This document shows positions 21,061-29,489 of a stretch of DNA of 64,000 nucleotides, one piece after another. Within the stretch, counting starts at the first letter, position 1. Every line of letters begins with the position of its first letter. The stretch comes from an uncultured Acidobacteriota bacterium (GTDB lineage: Bacteria; Acidobacteriota; Vicinamibacteria; Vicinamibacterales; UBA2999). The translations under genes and the position numbers were made by a program. Location of the stretch: positions 192,329 through 256,328 of the forward strand of contig CAVPVV010000003.1 in the NCBI GenBank assembly GCA_963709325.1, written 5' to 3'. A model generated the notes under the pieces. That model made no database searches, was not told the DNA's origin, and saw only the letters and a list, made by a program, of their open reading frames with translations.

Positions 21061-23271
21061 TTGCGGGTGTATAACAGCGGTGTGTCAACGGTGTCAAGGC
21101 TCCCGAGGGAAAGCCTGGGACGAGCGCGGCCGCCGCGACGTCACACCGTGCTGCTGGCCGCCGCAGCGATCGGGCTTTTCAGCGTCGCGTCCTGCAGCGA
21201 GTCGCGTCCGCCATCCACCGCCCGGCACCTCGTGCTGGTGACGATCGACACGTTGCGCGCCGATCGGGTTGGCGTCTACGGCGGCGGCGACCTCACGCCT
21301 CGGCTCGATCGGATCGCCCGCGAGGGCGCGTTTGCGGCCGACGCCATGAGCCACGTCCCGCTGACCCGTCCCTCGCATGCGACGCTATTGTCCGGCCTCC
21401 TGCCCTGGCAGTCGGGCGTGCGCGACAACCTCGCGCCGGTCGACTTACCTTCGTCCCCTCTCCTCGCCGAGATCCTGAAGTCTGCCGGCTTTCGTACCGC
21501 GGCATTCGTGTCGACGATGGTGCTGGAGAGGCGAGGCGGGTTCAACCGCGGGTTCGATCGTTACGACGACGCGTTTCCGAAGGCCCAGGGTGCAGAGATG
21601 CTGGCGACGCTGCAGAAGCCGGGCGCCGAGTCGTTACGGGCGGCAACTGGCTGGCTCGAGGCCCAGGGCAAGGCGGATCGACTCTTCGTGTGGCTGCACC
21701 TGTTCGAGCCGCACGATCCCTACGAGCCTCCAGAGCCCTACGCGACGCGCTATCGCGATCGGCCGTACGACGGTGAGATCGCGTATGTCGATACGCTCGT
21801 CGGACAACTCGACGACACCCTCGACCGCCTCGGCTTGAAGTCGAACACGCTTGTCGTCGTCGCATCCGATCACGGTGAGGGCCTGGGCGAGCACGAAGAA
21901 ACGCTGCACGGCTTCTTCGTGTACCAGACGACGCTCGCGGTGCCGATGATCTTCCGCGGCCCAGGTGTCCGCGGCGGTGGGCGCATAACCGGTTCGGTCG
22001 GGCTCGTGGACGTCATGCCGACGGCGCTCGAGTTGCTGGGGGTGCATATCCCGGAGAACTTCAAGCCCGCGGGCGTCAGCCTGGCCGCCGAACTGCGCGC
22101 CGGGACCGGGTCAACCGACACCGTCCACTACGCGGAATCGCTGGTGCCGCTGCTGCATTTCGGGTGGAGCGATCTCCGCGTCCTTCGCAGCGGCGCGTGG
22201 AAGTACGTGCTCGCGCCGAGGCCGGAGCTCTACGACCTCTCCGCCGATCCCCACGAACGGACCAACCTCGCCGGCGAGCAGCCGGCCCGCGCCGAGTCGT
22301 TTCGGAAGACGCTCACGAATTTTCTCGAGCAGGAACGCCGCGTCAGCGCCGACGTCCAGGCACGCACCGTTCCCGCGGGCCTGCTCGAGCAGCTGGGCGC
22401 GCTCGGTTACGTCAGCGGTGTCGGAGACCCGTCGACGATCAAGGCATCGGGAGCCGACCCGAAGGACAAGATCCTCGAGTTCCGTCGCGCCAACCAGGCG
22501 ATGCGCGATGGCCTGCTGGCGCTGAATCGGCACGAGTATTCGTCCGCGGCCGACCAGTTCGGCGCGTTGCTCGACAGCGGCATCGAGAGCTTCGAGGCGC
22601 ACCTCTATCTCGCGCGCGCGTTCGCCGGCATGAAGCGCTTCGATCGAGCCGCGCCGCACTTCGAGGAAGCTTCGCGACGAGGGCCGCTCGTCGAAGAGGC
22701 GTGGACCGGGTGGGCCGAGTCGCAACTGAGCCTGGCCGGCCCCGAGGCGGCGCTGGCCATCGTGCGCGACGGCCGCCGCCACAACCCCGGGGGAGCGCAG
22801 CTGGCGCTTGCCGAGGCCACCCTGTGCCTCCGGCTCCGGCGCGCCGGGGAGGCGGTCGCCGCCTACAAGTCGGCCGCGTCACTGTTACCGAACGACGGGA
22901 ATGTCCGCCAGCAGCTCGGTGAGTTGCAGCGCGATCTCGGCCGGGTTGACGCGGCGCTCGCCACGCTCCGCGACGCGGTCGCCGTCGATCCGGCCAATGC
23001 GTCGGCATGGAACGCCCTGGGGATGACGCTGGGAGGTGCCGGGCGCTTGAATGAAGCGGAGGACGCGTTTCGACACGCGATCGAGCGAAACGGCCAGGAT
23101 CACCGCTATCACTTCAACCTCGGGCTCGTGCTGGTCCGGCAGGGCCGCGGCGAGCTGGCACGTCCATCCTTCGAGCGGGCCCTGCAGCTGACGCCCGACT
23201 TCGCGCCAGCCCGTGACGAGCTTCGCAAGCTCGCCGCCGACCGCGGCGGATCGCACGGGGATGGCTCGTGA
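21061..23271 (+). CDS. sulfatase-like (alkaline-phosphatase superfamily) hydrolase/transferase fused to TPR repeats
   Basis: LVLVTIDTLRADRVGVYGG, PLTRPSHATLLSG and VVASDHGEGLGEH mark the AP-superfamily core. The C-terminal ~280 aa are TPR-like. The start is uncertain (TTG 21061 or downstream GTGs). A possible lipobox is FSVASC. Confidence 0.75.
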   Translation: MRVYNSGVSTVSRLPRESLGRARPPRRHTVLLAAAAIGLFSVASCSESRPPSTARHLVLVTIDTLRADRVGVYGGGDLTPRLDRIAREGAFAADAMSHVPLTRPSHATLLSGLLPWQSGVRDNLAPVDLPSSPLLAEILKSAGFRTAAFVSTMVLERRGGFNRGFDRYDDAFPKAQGAEMLATLQKPGAESLRAATGWLEAQGKADRLFVWLHLFEPHDPYEPPEPYATRYRDRPYDGEIAYVDTLVGQLDDTLDRLGLKSNTLVVVASDHGEGLGEHEETLHGFFVYQTTLAVPMIFRGPGVRGGGRITGSVGLVDVMPTALELLGVHIPENFKPAGVSLAAELRAGTGSTDTVHYAESLVPLLHFGWSDLRVLRSGAWKYVLAPRPELYDLSADPHERTNLAGEQPARAESFRKTLTNFLEQERRVSADVQARTVPAGLLEQLGALGYVSGVGDPSTIKASGADPKDKILEFRRANQAMRDGLLALNRHEYSSAADQFGALLDSGIESFEAHLYLARAFAGMKRFDRAAPHFEEASRRGPLVEEAWTGWAESQLSLAGPEAALAIVRDGRRHNPGGAQLALAEATLCLRLRRAGEAVAAYKSAASLLPNDGNVRQQLGELQRDLGRVDAALATLRDAVAVDPANASAWNALGMTLGGAGRLNEAEDAFRHAIERNGQDHRYHFNLGLVLVRQGRGELARPSFERALQLTPDFAPARDELRKLAADRGGSHGDGS

Positions 23272-25571
23272 CCCGCGGCTGGACTCGACGGGGCGCGGCG
23301 ATCGCCGCCGCCCTTGTCGCGCTTGGCAGCGGCTGGTTCGTTCTCCGAGGACAACTTCCCTACTTTCGGACGGCCGCTCCGCGCAACCTGCTCCTCGTCT
23401 CTCTCGACACCGTCCGCGCGGATCATCTCGGCAGCTACCGGTATGCCGCGGCCCGGACGCCGCGGATCGATGCGCTGGCCAACGCCGGCCTCCGCTTCGA
23501 GCACGCGACAACGGTCGTGCCGCTGACGCTGCCGGCTCATTCCTCGCTGATGACCGGCACGTTTCCCGGTTGGCATGGCGTCCGCGATAACGGCGGCTTC
23601 TACCTGGACGACGATCAGCTGACGCTCGCCGAGGTCCTCAAGCAGCAGGGGTATCGCACCGGCGGTTTCATCGGCGCGTTCGTGCTCGATCGGCGCTGGG
23701 GAATCGGGCAGGGCTTCGATCGTTACTTCGACGAGTTCGATCTCGACAAGTTCGCCGACGCCGCGTCGATGGACATGATTCAGCGGCGCGGCGCGGACGT
23801 CGTCGATCGCGCGCTGGCCTGGCTCGGGGAGAACCGCGAACAGCGCTTTTTCGCCTGGGTGCATCTATACGACGCCCACACACCGTACGACGCGCCTGAC
23901 GACGTGCAGTCGCAGTTCCCGCGCACCAGGGACGGTGCCTACGATGCCGAGATCGCGTACGTGGACCTGCAGGTCGGCAGGCTGGTCGATGCCCTGCGCG
24001 CCGACGGCCGGCTGTCGAATACCTTGATCGTCGTGGTCGGCGATCACGGAGAAATGCTCGGCGAACACGGCGAGGCGACGCACGGCTTCTTCATCTACGA
24101 AGCGGCCACGCGGGTGCCCCTCATCATCAACGGCCCGGGCGTGCCGGCCGCGGTGATTGGCGATCAGGTCCGCATCGTGGATGTGATGCCTACCGCGCTC
24201 TCGCTCCTGGGCGTCGCGGTGCCCGCGGCGGTGCAGGGCGTGGATCTGATGCCTCTCTCCAGGGGGGAAGCGCTCGACCTCGTCGCCCACAGCGAGAGTT
24301 GGTACCCGCGCTACCACTACGGCTGGAGCGAGCTGCGCTCGATCCAGGACGGACGATTCAAGCTGATTCAGGCTCCGCGGCCGGAGCTGTACGACCTGGC
24401 GGACGATCCGGGCGAGGAGCACGATCGCTCGGCTGGCGAGACCGCCCGGCGCGACGGTTTCGCGCGCGCGCTCAAGGCGTTCGAAGGCCGGACCGCACGA
24501 GAGGGTGCGGACCGAGGTCCGCGGCCGATCGATTCCGAAACGGAGGAACGGCTCGCCGCGCTCGGATACGTTTCCGGTCGCGTCAACCCGAAGCGGCTGG
24601 ATCAGCCCGCCGGCGGCGATCCCAAAGACAAGATCGCGCTGTACAACCTCCTCAAGCAGGCCGCCAGCCTCTCCATCGAGGGGAAACTCGACGACGCGGC
24701 CGCGGCGGTCAGGACGGCGCTCGCCGAGGACCCTGACATCGTCGAAGCCCACATGGTGCTCGGCAATATCTACAAGAAGATGAACCGCCCCGAGGACGCG
24801 ATTGCCGCCTATCGCGCAGCGCTCGCGCGAGACGACGAACACCAGAACGCGTTGTTCAGCCTCGCCATCGCCTACAAGGACGAAAGGCGCTTCGACGAAG
24901 CCCTGGTCGGCTTCGAACGGGCTCGTGCGCTCGATCCCAGGAACGGGAAGGTTCTGTGGCAGCTGGCCGATTTGTGGATGCGCCAGGGAGACCCCGCTCG
25001 CGCCGAGGCCGTCGTCCGGGACGCGCTCGAGCGACAGGTCGATGAGCCGCGATTTCTCCTCAAGCTGGGCGAGATCTGCATCGAGGAGAAACGGTTCGAT
25101 GAGGCCGAGCAGGCGATCGGGCGGGCGCTGGAGAAGAAACCAGGCCTGGTGCTGGCCCACTACGATCTCGGGCTCGTTCATGAAGGCCGGGGCGAGATCG
25201 AGAAGGCGATCGACGCCTACCGGACGGAACTCACGGGCAACACGACGGCCTATCGCGCGGCCTTCAACGCGGCGAAGCTGATGCAGAAGACTGGCCGCAC
25301 GAAGGAGGCGATCACGTATTTCCGCAAGGTTGTCGAGATCGAGCCGGCATTCGGCACCGGTCACCTCTATCTCGCACAGGCGCTTTTCGAAACCGGCGAT
25401 CTGGATGGCGCCGAGCGGTGGGCGCGAAGCGGCCTCGAGAACCACCCCGAACCACGATTGACGCCGCTCGGTCACTACGTGCTGGCGGACGTCTACGAAC
25501 AACGCGGACGCATGGCGGAGGCGAAACGCGAGATCGCGGCCGCCGAAAGGCTGAAGACACGGCAGCCGTAA
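23268..25571 (+). CDS. sulfatase-like hydrolase/transferase fused to TPR repeats (paralog of the upstream gene)
   Basis: GTGA overlap with the upstream gene. The motifs are LLLVSLDTVRADHLGSY, PLTLPAHSSLMTG and VVGDHGEMLGEH. There are multiple C-terminal TPRs (EAHMVLGNIYKKMNRPEDAIAAYRAALARD...). Confidence 0.8.
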   Translation: MTRGWTRRGAAIAAALVALGSGWFVLRGQLPYFRTAAPRNLLLVSLDTVRADHLGSYRYAAARTPRIDALANAGLRFEHATTVVPLTLPAHSSLMTGTFPGWHGVRDNGGFYLDDDQLTLAEVLKQQGYRTGGFIGAFVLDRRWGIGQGFDRYFDEFDLDKFADAASMDMIQRRGADVVDRALAWLGENREQRFFAWVHLYDAHTPYDAPDDVQSQFPRTRDGAYDAEIAYVDLQVGRLVDALRADGRLSNTLIVVVGDHGEMLGEHGEATHGFFIYEAATRVPLIINGPGVPAAVIGDQVRIVDVMPTALSLLGVAVPAAVQGVDLMPLSRGEALDLVAHSESWYPRYHYGWSELRSIQDGRFKLIQAPRPELYDLADDPGEEHDRSAGETARRDGFARALKAFEGRTAREGADRGPRPIDSETEERLAALGYVSGRVNPKRLDQPAGGDPKDKIALYNLLKQAASLSIEGKLDDAAAAVRTALAEDPDIVEAHMVLGNIYKKMNRPEDAIAAYRAALARDDEHQNALFSLAIAYKDERRFDEALVGFERARALDPRNGKVLWQLADLWMRQGDPARAEAVVRDALERQVDEPRFLLKLGEICIEEKRFDEAEQAIGRALEKKPGLVLAHYDLGLVHEGRGEIEKAIDAYRTELTGNTTAYRAAFNAAKLMQKTGRTKEAITYFRKVVEIEPAFGTGHLYLAQALFETGDLDGAERWARSGLENHPEPRLTPLGHYVLADVYEQRGRMAEAKREIAAAERLKTRQP

Positions 25572-25592
25572 CACCCGCACTAAACTGCCGCG

Positions 25593-26105
25593 ATGCGCCG
25601 CCCACCCGTGGCCCTGCTGGTCGTGCTGACCGTGTGCACGTCCTGTGCAACGGCCCCAGCTGCGACCTCAGCCGTTCGTGCAGCGACCGGACCCACCAGC
25701 GATGCACGCGCGATTGTCGTCACACCGGACGATCTGGCCTACTGCGTCGCGGTGACCAATCGATACCGTGCGTCGCTGCGACTCGACCCTCTCGGCCGCT
25801 CGACCGAGGCGGAAGGCTACGCCGCCGCTTCGGCTCGCGACGACCACGCACGTCGCAAGGCCCACCATCGATCGTCCGGCCGCAACCGCCCTCGAGGCGC
25901 GTTCGCCGAAAACGAGGCGCTCCGCTGGTCGTTCGAACAGGCCGGCGGCTCGGCGCGAACGTTCATCGATCGTGCGCTGGCGATGATGTGGGCCGAAGGG
26001 CGTGGCGGAGGCCATTACGAGAACATCCGCGGCAAGTGGCGCGTGCTGGGCTGCGGGCTGTATGCAGACAAGTCGCGGATTACGCTGGCGCAGCACTTCC
26101 GTTGA
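25593..26105 (+). CDS. secreted CAP/SCP (PR-1-like) domain protein
   Basis: Lipoprotein-like signal LLVVLTVCTSC. CAP-type motifs are VTNRYRASLRLDPL... and GGGHYENIRGKWRVLGCG. Confidence 0.6.
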   Translation: MRRPPVALLVVLTVCTSCATAPAATSAVRAATGPTSDARAIVVTPDDLAYCVAVTNRYRASLRLDPLGRSTEAEGYAAASARDDHARRKAHHRSSGRNRPRGAFAENEALRWSFEQAGGSARTFIDRALAMMWAEGRGGGHYENIRGKWRVLGCGLYADKSRITLAQHFR

Positions 26106-26111
26106 CTCTCG

Positions 26112-26915
26112 ATGGCACCTCCCGAGCCGTACTCTCGTGACCACGAGCACATGACAGACCGCGACGATCTGCTGGCCCGCGCCGAGACACACGCATCGGC
26201 GTGGGGTGTCACGCCTGAACAGGTCGTTCACACCACTGGCTCCGTGTGCGTGTTCGGCCGCTGGCGCGGGATCGAGGTCGTGCTGAAGGTCGTTCGCCGT
26301 TCGACCGACGAATGGTTCACTGGTTCGGTCCTGGAGGCGTTCCAGGGAGCAGGCGTCGGGGACCGCGAAGCCACAGCTGTCATCGCCGGCGTGATCGCGC
26401 GAATGGAGCCCGGGCCGCCGCCAGCAACGGCGCCGCCAGTGGAGTCGTGGTGTCGAAGCTTCGAGCGGCACGTAAGCGCGCCGCCCAGCGGAATTCCGAA
26501 GGCGCTGTTCGATGCTGCGCATGACACGTATCGCGCGCTCTGCGCCTCGCAGTCTGCGGTTCGCCTGCTCCACGGCGATCTGCACCATCGCAACGTGCTC
26601 TCGGACTCCCGCAAGGGCTGGGTAGCCATCGATCCCAAGGGAGTAGTCGGAGAAGTGGCCTTCGAAGTTGGCGCGGCGCTGCGGAATCCGTGCGAGCGTC
26701 CCGACATCTTCGCGGACCCGCTGACGATCCGGGAACGGGTCGATCACTTCACGCGGGCGCTGAGGCTGGACCGCGGGCGCCTGCTTCAATGGGCGTTCGC
26801 GCAGGCGGTCCTCGCCGCGGTCTGGGAATGGGAAGACTCTGGTGCGCTGAGTGCCGGCCACGGCTGGCTCGCGTTCGCCGGGGCCATCCGAAACAACCCC
26901 GCCACCTGCTATTAA
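26112..26915 (+). CDS. APH(6)/StrB-like phosphotransferase-fold protein (kinase-like)
   Basis: The catalytic-loop region LLHGDLHHRNVLSDSRKGWVAIDPKGVVGEVAFEVGAALRNP matches aminoglycoside 6-kinase-type enzymes. The N-lobe looks shortened. An alternative start is ATG 26151. Confidence 0.6.
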   Translation: MAPPEPYSRDHEHMTDRDDLLARAETHASAWGVTPEQVVHTTGSVCVFGRWRGIEVVLKVVRRSTDEWFTGSVLEAFQGAGVGDREATAVIAGVIARMEPGPPPATAPPVESWCRSFERHVSAPPSGIPKALFDAAHDTYRALCASQSAVRLLHGDLHHRNVLSDSRKGWVAIDPKGVVGEVAFEVGAALRNPCERPDIFADPLTIRERVDHFTRALRLDRGRLLQWAFAQAVLAAVWEWEDSGALSAGHGWLAFAGAIRNNPATCY

Positions 26916-26925
26916 TAGCGTTGCC

Positions 26926-28146
26926 ATGGTCTCCACCGATGCAGTTCCCAGACGCATCCTCGCTCTCGACGGCGGCGGTGTCCGGGGCATGCTCACCCTC
27001 CAGTATTTGCGCGCGGTCGAGACAATTCTTCGCGCCCGCTACGGGCGACCTGACTTCCGGCTGCACGAATACTTCGATCTGATCGGCGGCACGTCGACCG
27101 GCGCCATCATCGCCGCCGGGCTTGCGCTCGGCAGGAGCGTTGACGAGATCGAGCGCCTCTATCGCGACCTCGCGACCCGAATCTTCACGAAACCTTGGTA
27201 CTCGATCGGGGCATTCACGCCAAAGTTCGGGCACGCCTCACTGGTGCGCGCGCTGCAGGACGCGTTCGGCGCCGACACGACGCTCGGGTCCGATCGCCTC
27301 AGGACCGGCCTCCTCGTGATCGCCAAGCGGATGGACTCCGGCAGCCCGTGGGTGGTCACCAATTCTCAGCACGATCCGTATTTCTCGCCCGTCGCCGGTC
27401 AGAAGCGGGTCGGCAATTGCAACATGCTGCTCTGGCAGGTCGTGCGAGCTTCGACCGCCGCGCCGCATTACTTCCGGCCTGAGGCCCTGGTGGTCGGGTC
27501 GTGGCTGGACCCCACCACCGGCAGGCAGGTCAGCGCGTCAGGTGAGTTCGTGGATGGCGGCGTCACCCCTTTCAACAACCCCGCGCTTCAGTGTCTCCGC
27601 GCAGCCCTCATGCCGGCGTACGGATTCAACTTCACGCCCGGAGAGAAGGCGCTGTTGCTCGTGTCCGTCGGTACCGGCTTGCGCCGTCGCGGCGCCGGCA
27701 AGGCGGCAGGCGTCCAACGCGTGTCCAGCGTCTATGCGTTCAACGCCTTAATCGCCCTGATGGACGACTGCACGACCGACGTGGAGCTCGCCCTCCAGTG
27801 GCTGTCGCGCAGTGACACGGCTCGGCGAATCGACAGCCTCGTCGGCACGGCCGAAGGCTCCCCGCCCTTTGGCCAGCCGCTCCTCACCTACCAACGCTAC
27901 AATCTGCGCTTCGAGTTGGAGCGGTTCCGAGACGCGCTGCCGGCGAGGCTGCCCCCGAAGATCGCCGACACGATTGTGGAGCAGGTGAAGACGTCCTATA
28001 CGCAGGCGGTGCTCGATCGGTTGTCGTTGATGGACCGGCCGAAGAACATGCCGGAGCTGAAAGCGCTCGGCGAGATCGCCGCGCAGCTGGTCCGGCCCGA
28101 GCACTTCCCGGCGGATTTCGATCGCTGGCCTGTGCCAACCCGGTGA
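26926..28146 (+). CDS. patatin-like phospholipase
   Basis: ATG at 26926 (the ORF-track frame opens at 26851). The oxyanion hole is LDGGGVRG. The nucleophile is GGTSTG (Ser codon 27094-27096). The catalytic Asp is in FVDGGVTPFNNP. Confidence 0.9.
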   Translation: MVSTDAVPRRILALDGGGVRGMLTLQYLRAVETILRARYGRPDFRLHEYFDLIGGTSTGAIIAAGLALGRSVDEIERLYRDLATRIFTKPWYSIGAFTPKFGHASLVRALQDAFGADTTLGSDRLRTGLLVIAKRMDSGSPWVVTNSQHDPYFSPVAGQKRVGNCNMLLWQVVRASTAAPHYFRPEALVVGSWLDPTTGRQVSASGEFVDGGVTPFNNPALQCLRAALMPAYGFNFTPGEKALLLVSVGTGLRRRGAGKAAGVQRVSSVYAFNALIALMDDCTTDVELALQWLSRSDTARRIDSLVGTAEGSPPFGQPLLTYQRYNLRFELERFRDALPARLPPKIADTIVEQVKTSYTQAVLDRLSLMDRPKNMPELKALGEIAAQLVRPEHFPADFDRWPVPTR

Positions 28147-28150
28147 CCCT

Positions 28151-29489
28151 ATGCCCCGACACATCTTCATCAGCCTCAATCACGCCGACGAGCCGATCGC
28201 CGTAGCGCTCAGTGACATGTTCAAGAGCCTCTTCGGTGATTTCCTGAAACCGCACTACTCGCCGAGCACCAAGCTCGAGAGCGGCATCGACTCGGGCGCT
28301 GACTGGTTCCAGTGGATCGTCGACAAGGTCGTCGCCTGCGACTTCGCATTGATCCTGGTGACACCCTCGTCCGTGCACCGGCCGTGGATCCTGTGGGAAG
28401 CCGGCGCCGTGGCCGGCGCCGCCCTCGGGTCCCAGTCGGGGCAGGCACTGGGGAAAGTGCGTCCGCTTATCTACAATCTGCCCACGGACATGATCCCTTC
28501 GCCGATCCGCGACTCGAAGGTCCAGTTCCGGCGCGGCGACAGCCGGTCCGATATCAAGCGGCTGATGCAGGAAACCCTCTATCAGTATCGAAACGACCCG
28601 GAACTGGGCGCCGATCGAGTCACAGAGTTCGGAGGATTGGTAGACGATGCCGTCGGCACCTACCTCGGGCGCGTCAACAAGGCGCTGCTCGACGCGCCGG
28701 CCGTGCCAACCGTCACGATGCTCGACGAATGGCGCCAGCGGCTCGACGATGTGCTGCGACAGAACAGGGCGTCGGAGGTGAGGCACCTGCACGACTGGAT
28801 GGACATCGCCTTCGGCCGCAACGGTGAGAAGAACCCGCGACCGCTCGATCTGCGAATCCACGCCCGGCTTGGAGAGATCTACATGAAAGCGCGCGAGTAC
28901 GAGCGCGCGATCGAACAGCTCGAACAGGCCCGGGACCTGGCGCCGCGCGATATCTTCGTGCTGCGGACCCTTGGCAGTGCCTACCTGGAAAAGAACGACA
29001 AGCGCGAGTCGGTTCAGGGCATCCTCGACCGCATCGGCGAACTCGACAAGGACGCCTTTCGCCACAACACCGAGTGCGCGGCGCTGCAGGGACGCTTCTA
29101 CCGCTCGGGTGGCGACTCGCGGAAGGCGGCCGACGTCTATCGCGCGGCGCTCGACGTGAATCCCGAGTCGCACTATCTGGCGACGCTGGTCGCCGAGGCC
29201 AGCCTCGAAGCCGGGGACCGCGACGGGGCGACGGTCGCCTACCGGCGGGTGCTGGACATCCTGTCCCGCCTCAACGAAGCCAATACCTGGACGCACGCCA
29301 GCGCCGCCAACGCCCAGTTCTTCCTCGGGAACGAGACCGGGCTGGCGCGCGGAGATCGACGCCATCCGCCAGACGAAACCGGGCGCCGATCAACTCGCCG
29401 CTATCGAACGCGGACTTGAAACGGTGTCGAAGCACGTGGACGGTGGCGACACGCGGCTTCGCCAGGTGCTGGCTACGCTCCGGACATGA
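28151..29489 (+). CDS. TIR-domain protein with C-terminal TPR-like repeats (one apparent +1 frame break near 29342)
   Basis: The N-terminus IFISLNHADEPIAVAL...CDFALILVTPSSVHRPWILWEAG fits the bacterial TIR (TIR_2-like) fold, with a conserved Glu at codon 28397-28399. Residues ~235-400 are TPR-like helical repeats. After FFLGNETG the sensible sequence WRAEIDAIRQTKPGADQLAAIERGLETVSKHVDGGDTRLRQVLATLRT* continues in the next frame and ends in an ATGA overlap with the next gene. Confidence 0.75.
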
